Shown here: positions 8,665 through 11,596 of the stretch, in pieces
How positions within the stretch are numbered: position 1 is the stretch's first letter
Layout: each line of letters begins with the position of its first letter
From: a candidate division FCPU426 bacterium
GTDB taxonomy: Bacteria; Oederibacteriota; Muellerivitia; Muellerivitales; Muellerivitaceae
Direction of reading: 5' to 3'
Assembly (NCBI GenBank): GCA_963847625.1
Contig: CAWKAR010000062.1
Location: 1-11,596 of the forward strand
Length of the DNA stretch: 11,596 nucleotides
The notes under the pieces: model-generated
What the model saw: the letters and a program-made list of their open reading frames with translations, nothing else
The model's database searches: none
Told to the model about the DNA's origin: nothing
Translations under genes and position numbers: made by a program

Positions 8665-10059
8665 CTAACGCGGGATCAGGATTCCGATGGCTTCCGCCAG
8701 CGTTTTCACGCCAAGGATTTCCATGGCCGCCTCAGGCAGCATGGAAACCGCCTTTAAATTTCCGTGGGGTATGACTGCCAGCTGGAAGCCAAGCCGCTGG
8801 GCCTCGGCCAGCCGGGGGCCGATCTGCGAAACCGCCCGGACCTCCCCGGACAACCCCAATTCCCCCAAAACGATGGCTTTCGGATCCACAGCCGCTTCCC
8901 GGAAGGAGGAAGCCACCGTCACCGCCACGCTTAGGTCGATGGAAGGTTCCGCGACCTTGATGCCCCCCGCGATATTCAGGAAAACATCCTGGGTGGAAAG
9001 GGCCATGCCCATGCGTTTTTCCAGGATGGCGAGGATCAGGGCCAGGCGGTTGGGATCGATGCCCGAGGAACGCCTTTGGGGCATTCCGAAATTCGTGGGG
9101 CTGACCAGGGCCTGGACCTCCAACAGAAGGGGGCGGCTTCCCTCCAGGCTGGCCGTAATGACCGAACCCGAGCTATGCGCGTAATGGTCGTCCAAAAATG
9201 CTTTGGAGGCGTCCGCCACTTCCCGCAGGCCATCCTCCCTCATCTCGAAAATGCCGATTTCCTGGGTGCTTCCAAAACGGTTCTTGACCGCCCGCAAGAG
9301 GCGGTATTGGCGCTGCATGTCCCCTTCGAAGTAAAGGACCGCGTCCACCATGTGCTCCAGGGTCATGGGGCCCGCGATGCTTCCGTCCTTGGTCACGTGC
9401 CCGATGAGGAATAAGGGGAGTTTTTCCCGCTTGGCCAGGTAGGTCAACCGCGCCGCGGATTCCCGGACCTGGGAGACGCTGCCCGGGGCCGATGCGATAT
9501 CGGCCAAGAACATCGTTTGGATCGAATCCACGACCGTGAGGGCCGGTTTGGTTTTTTCGATCAGTTCGAGAATGACCGATACGTCAGTCTCGGGAAAAAT
9601 ATAAAGGTTGTTGGTCCGGATACCCAAGCGCTCGGCCCGAAGTTTGATTTGCTGGGCCGATTCCTCCCCCGTCACGTAAAGGCACTTGCCCTGGTTTCCT
9701 TTTTGAAGTTTGGACAACCTGTCGGCCACCTGCAACAACAGGGTGGATTTCCCGATGCCGGGATCGCCCCCGATCATGACGGTTTCACCCGGCACGATCC
9801 CTCCCCCGAGGACCCGGTCAAACTCGTTCATTTGGGTCTTGAGCCGGTATCCCTCGTCCACCTCGATTTCTTCCAGGGAAACGGGAGTGGTTGTCCCGGT
9901 TGGCTTGGAAAGGTTTCTTCCACGCTCCTCGGAACGGCCGGACCCGGCCATTTCCTCGGCGAAGCTGTTCCATTGGCCGCAAGCATTGCACTTTCCCTGC
10001 CACCTGATGCTTTTGGTTCCGCAATTTTGGCATATGAACTGGGTTTTAGTCTTGGGCAT
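8665..10059 (-). CDS. radA: DNA repair protein RadA/Sms
   Basis: C4 zinc finger (CQNC...CNAC), Walker A GDPGIGKS, YVTGEES, VVDSIQT, GHVTK.G.IAGP..LEHMVD, KNRFG and LonC-like C-terminus (EVQAL, GELGLSGEVR). RBS GAGGAAG. Confidence 0.98.
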   Translation of the reverse strand: MPKTKTQFICQNCGTKSIRWQGKCNACGQWNSFAEEMAGSGRSEERGRNLSKPTGTTTPVSLEEIEVDEGYRLKTQMNEFDRVLGGGIVPGETVMIGGDPGIGKSTLLLQVADRLSKLQKGNQGKCLYVTGEESAQQIKLRAERLGIRTNNLYIFPETDVSVILELIEKTKPALTVVDSIQTMFLADIASAPGSVSQVRESAARLTYLAKREKLPLFLIGHVTKDGSIAGPMTLEHMVDAVLYFEGDMQRQYRLLRAVKNRFGSTQEIGIFEMREDGLREVADASKAFLDDHYAHSSGSVITASLEGSRPLLLEVQALVSPTNFGMPQRRSSGIDPNRLALILAILEKRMGMALSTQDVFLNIAGGIKVAEPSIDLSVAVTVASSFREAAVDPKAIVLGELGLSGEVRAVSQIGPRLAEAQRLGFQLAVIPHGNLKAVSMLPEAAMEILGVKTLAEAIGILIPR

Positions 10060-10087
10060 ATCACTTCCTCAAATGGGAATAAAATGG

Positions 10088-10116
10088 ATTATACACTTGT
10101 ATACTTTTTGTTGCAA
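10088..10116 (-). promoter_or_regulatory. Sigma70-type promoter upstream of radA
   Basis: The minus strand reads TTGCAA (10116-10111), a 17 nt spacer, then TATAAT (10093-10088). The -10 ends 28 nt before the radA ATG, and the promoter directly follows a terminator. Confidence 0.8.
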
Positions 10117-10117
10117 G

Positions 10118-10143
10118 AAAAAAGGCCCCGCCTGGGGCCTTTT
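10118..10143 (-). terminator. Rho-independent terminator downstream of the small membrane protein gene
   Basis: The minus strand reads AAAAGGCCCC-AGGC-GGGGCC-TTTTTT, a GC stem followed by a 6-U tract. A 4-U tract on the other strand could make it bidirectional. Confidence 0.85.
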
Positions 10144-10211
10144 CGAGAAAAAAAATCAGATCAGGTTATTTACCCGGATCTGTTGATGGCGTGATTTGTC
10201 ACAACAGGGCC

Positions 10212-10544
10212 TTATTTCTCTTTTCCCTTATTCCCCGTTTCCGGAGTGGTACCCATCGATCCGCTTTTTCCCATCGGGCATTCCGACCCGCCCGGGCCCC
10301 CCATCATGTTTCCGTGATCCATTTTGCAGCAGCCCTGCATCCAGCAACAATTGGCGGAGCCGGAGCGGCAAATCATATGGGACCCCGCCAGGCAAAGGGG
10401 GCCGCACAGTGAAACGATGATGATGATCCAACCAATGACTTTCCCCAATTTTTTATTTAAGTTTTGTTCTTTTTCCGCGACCGTCAGCACCCAATAACCG
10501 ACAGCCAAGGCGATCAAATAAGCAACGATCCTGTAGGTAATCAT
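10212..10544 (-). CDS. Hypothetical small membrane protein: two TM helices plus a Cys/Met/His/Gly-rich tail
   Basis: 110 aa ORF with a strong RBS (GGGAGG) before the ATG. Two hydrophobic segments are separated by a Lys-rich loop. It is co-oriented with its neighbours and followed by a terminator. Confidence 0.8.
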   Translation of the reverse strand: MITYRIVAYLIALAVGYWVLTVAEKEQNLNKKLGKVIGWIIIIVSLCGPLCLAGSHMICRSGSANCCWMQGCCKMDHGNMMGGPGGSECPMGKSGSMGTTPETGNKGKEK

Positions 10545-10693
10545 TCCATTCCTCCCATTTTTTAATGATGAAGCAGATGTCCTATCTTATGTTCCAGCGG
10601 TCCGGAAAAGCCAGGGGCTCTTGGCCCGTCCAGGCCCTGATCAAACAGCAAATAAAGGGAATTTCACTTCCTTTTTTATAGTAATCGCAATTT

Positions 10694-11209
10694 TTATTGT
10701 GTGTAGATTCGGGGAACCCTTTGCCCCACGGCGCAAAGGAGCTCATAGGAAATGGTGCCGGCAAGGGATGCCTGTTCCTCCACGGGTATAAAAGCCTTCC
10801 CATCCCGTCCGAAGAAAGTCGCGGTGTCCCCCACCTTGACTCCGGGCACATTCGAGACGTCCAACATGGTCATGTCCATGCAAACCGTCCCGATTTGGGG
10901 AACCCTCCGGCCTTTGACCAGGAAAGACGTTTTATTCGAAAGGACCCGGTGAACCCCGTCCGCGTAGCCGATTCCCAGGGTGGCGACCTTGATCCGCTTC
11001 TTGGCGGTGTAAGTGCGGCCATAGCTGACCGACTCCCCTTTTTCCATGTAATTAAGGTGTATCACCCGGGCTTTCACCTGCATGACGGGGGTGAGGGCAA
11101 CCCGGCTTTTAAATTTGGGGTTCGGGTAGATTCCGTAAAGGGCGATTCCCGGCCTGACCCAGGTTCCGGCCGATTGGGGGAAATAAGTGATGAGGGACGC
11201 GCTGTTGTG
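10694..11209 (-). pseudogene. alr: Alanine racemase, C-terminal ~170 aa only (interrupted or chimeric 5' end)
   Basis: NSAS, WVRPGIALYG, GESVSYG (catalytic Tyr), IGYADG, IGTVCMD and GTISYELLC..G.RVPR are present with an intact stop. Upstream of NSA there is no Alr-like sequence in any minus-strand frame, and there is an in-frame TAA at 11356-11354. The alr identity is secure, but true pseudogene status is not. Confidence 0.85.
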
Positions 11210-11596
11210 AAAGCTCATATTATTGTTGATGTCGTATTCGGATTTACCTGCTCGCTCACGACTACGCTGAGGCCATTTCACTCTGGTGCATTCCTGCGTC
11301 GTGGGGTTTGTTGGGTAATCGGGGAGTCGAGGAATGATAATCACGTCTGGAACTTACCATTGTTAGCGATGGCCCAGTCTGCGTTGAGAGAGATGATCAG
11401 GGTGTCACCCGCAGTCGTCAGAATCAATCCGGCCTTTAGCACTTCATCGTATCCTTGCTCAAACATACAGTGGCTGTCGCCAATTTCAGGAAGATAATCA
11501 CCGCTAGAAGCTGCAACTGCCGTATCAATCCGATCTCGCATACCACGCGCGTCACCCGATGAGCAATATGTACTGTTTAAAGACAGGCATAACAAC
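11210..11596. other. Unrelated segment abutting the alr fragment (insertion or chimeric contig end); left boundary approximate to within about 10 nt
   Basis: Alr homology is lost here. My hand count gives about 50% GC (179/360 over 11221-11580), and the long homopolymer runs typical of the rest of the window are scarce. It holds an unassigned open frame at 11341..11595 (-). Confidence 0.7.

Noticed and set aside
1523..10194. Many plus-strand and alternative-frame ORFs (e.g. 2194..2763, 7839..8372, 9517..10194)
   Set aside because: All overlap well-supported minus-strand genes and show no family motifs. They are expected shadows of moderately GC-rich coding DNA.
11210..11340. Group II intron 3' end or IS end at the alr junction
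   Set aside because: No domain V-like hairpin (GAGCCG...CGGTTC type) and no recognisable IS terminus or transposase sequence. The other end is outside the window, so an element cannot be fully excluded.
10697..11497. 266 aa plus-strand ORF spanning the alr junction
   Set aside because: Mostly the antisense shadow of alr, with no recognisable motifs or convincing RBS.
11336..11558. Short repeated words in the tail (GATAATCAC at 11336 and 11493; ATCAATCCG at 11423 and 11524; GTCACCCG at 11404 and 11551)
   Set aside because: Only 8-9 nt, irregularly spaced and not colinear. They do not form an array or tandem repeat and are compatible with chance.
1..11596. CRISPR arrays, tRNA/rRNA genes, integrases, toxin-antitoxin or defence genes
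   Set aside because: None seen. The window is almost fully tiled by identifiable protein genes with short spacers.

Overview
Bacterial housekeeping region with every supported gene on the minus strand. In transcription order (right to left) it contains: the C-terminal half of an alanine racemase (alr), a small two-TM Cys/Met-rich membrane protein, an intrinsic terminator, a near-consensus sigma70 promoter, radA, a DUF2079-like GT-C membrane protein, an AlkD-like DNA alkylation repair protein, ispD, ispF, gltX, cysE, cysS, and an AlgI/DltB-like MBOAT O-acyltransferase. The MBOAT gene runs off the left edge and is missing from the ORF track. The order resembles the Bacillus/Clostridium radA...ispDF-gltX-cysE-cysS cluster, with the disA/PIN-TRAM slot filled by other genes and no T-box. 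The main anomaly is at about 11210, where alr homology stops abruptly and about 390 bp of unrelated sequence follows (insertion or chimeric join). I found no CRISPR array, RNA gene, transposase or recognisable defence system. I cannot support a claim of a complete new system from this window alone. All family assignments come from reading motifs by eye, with no database searches.
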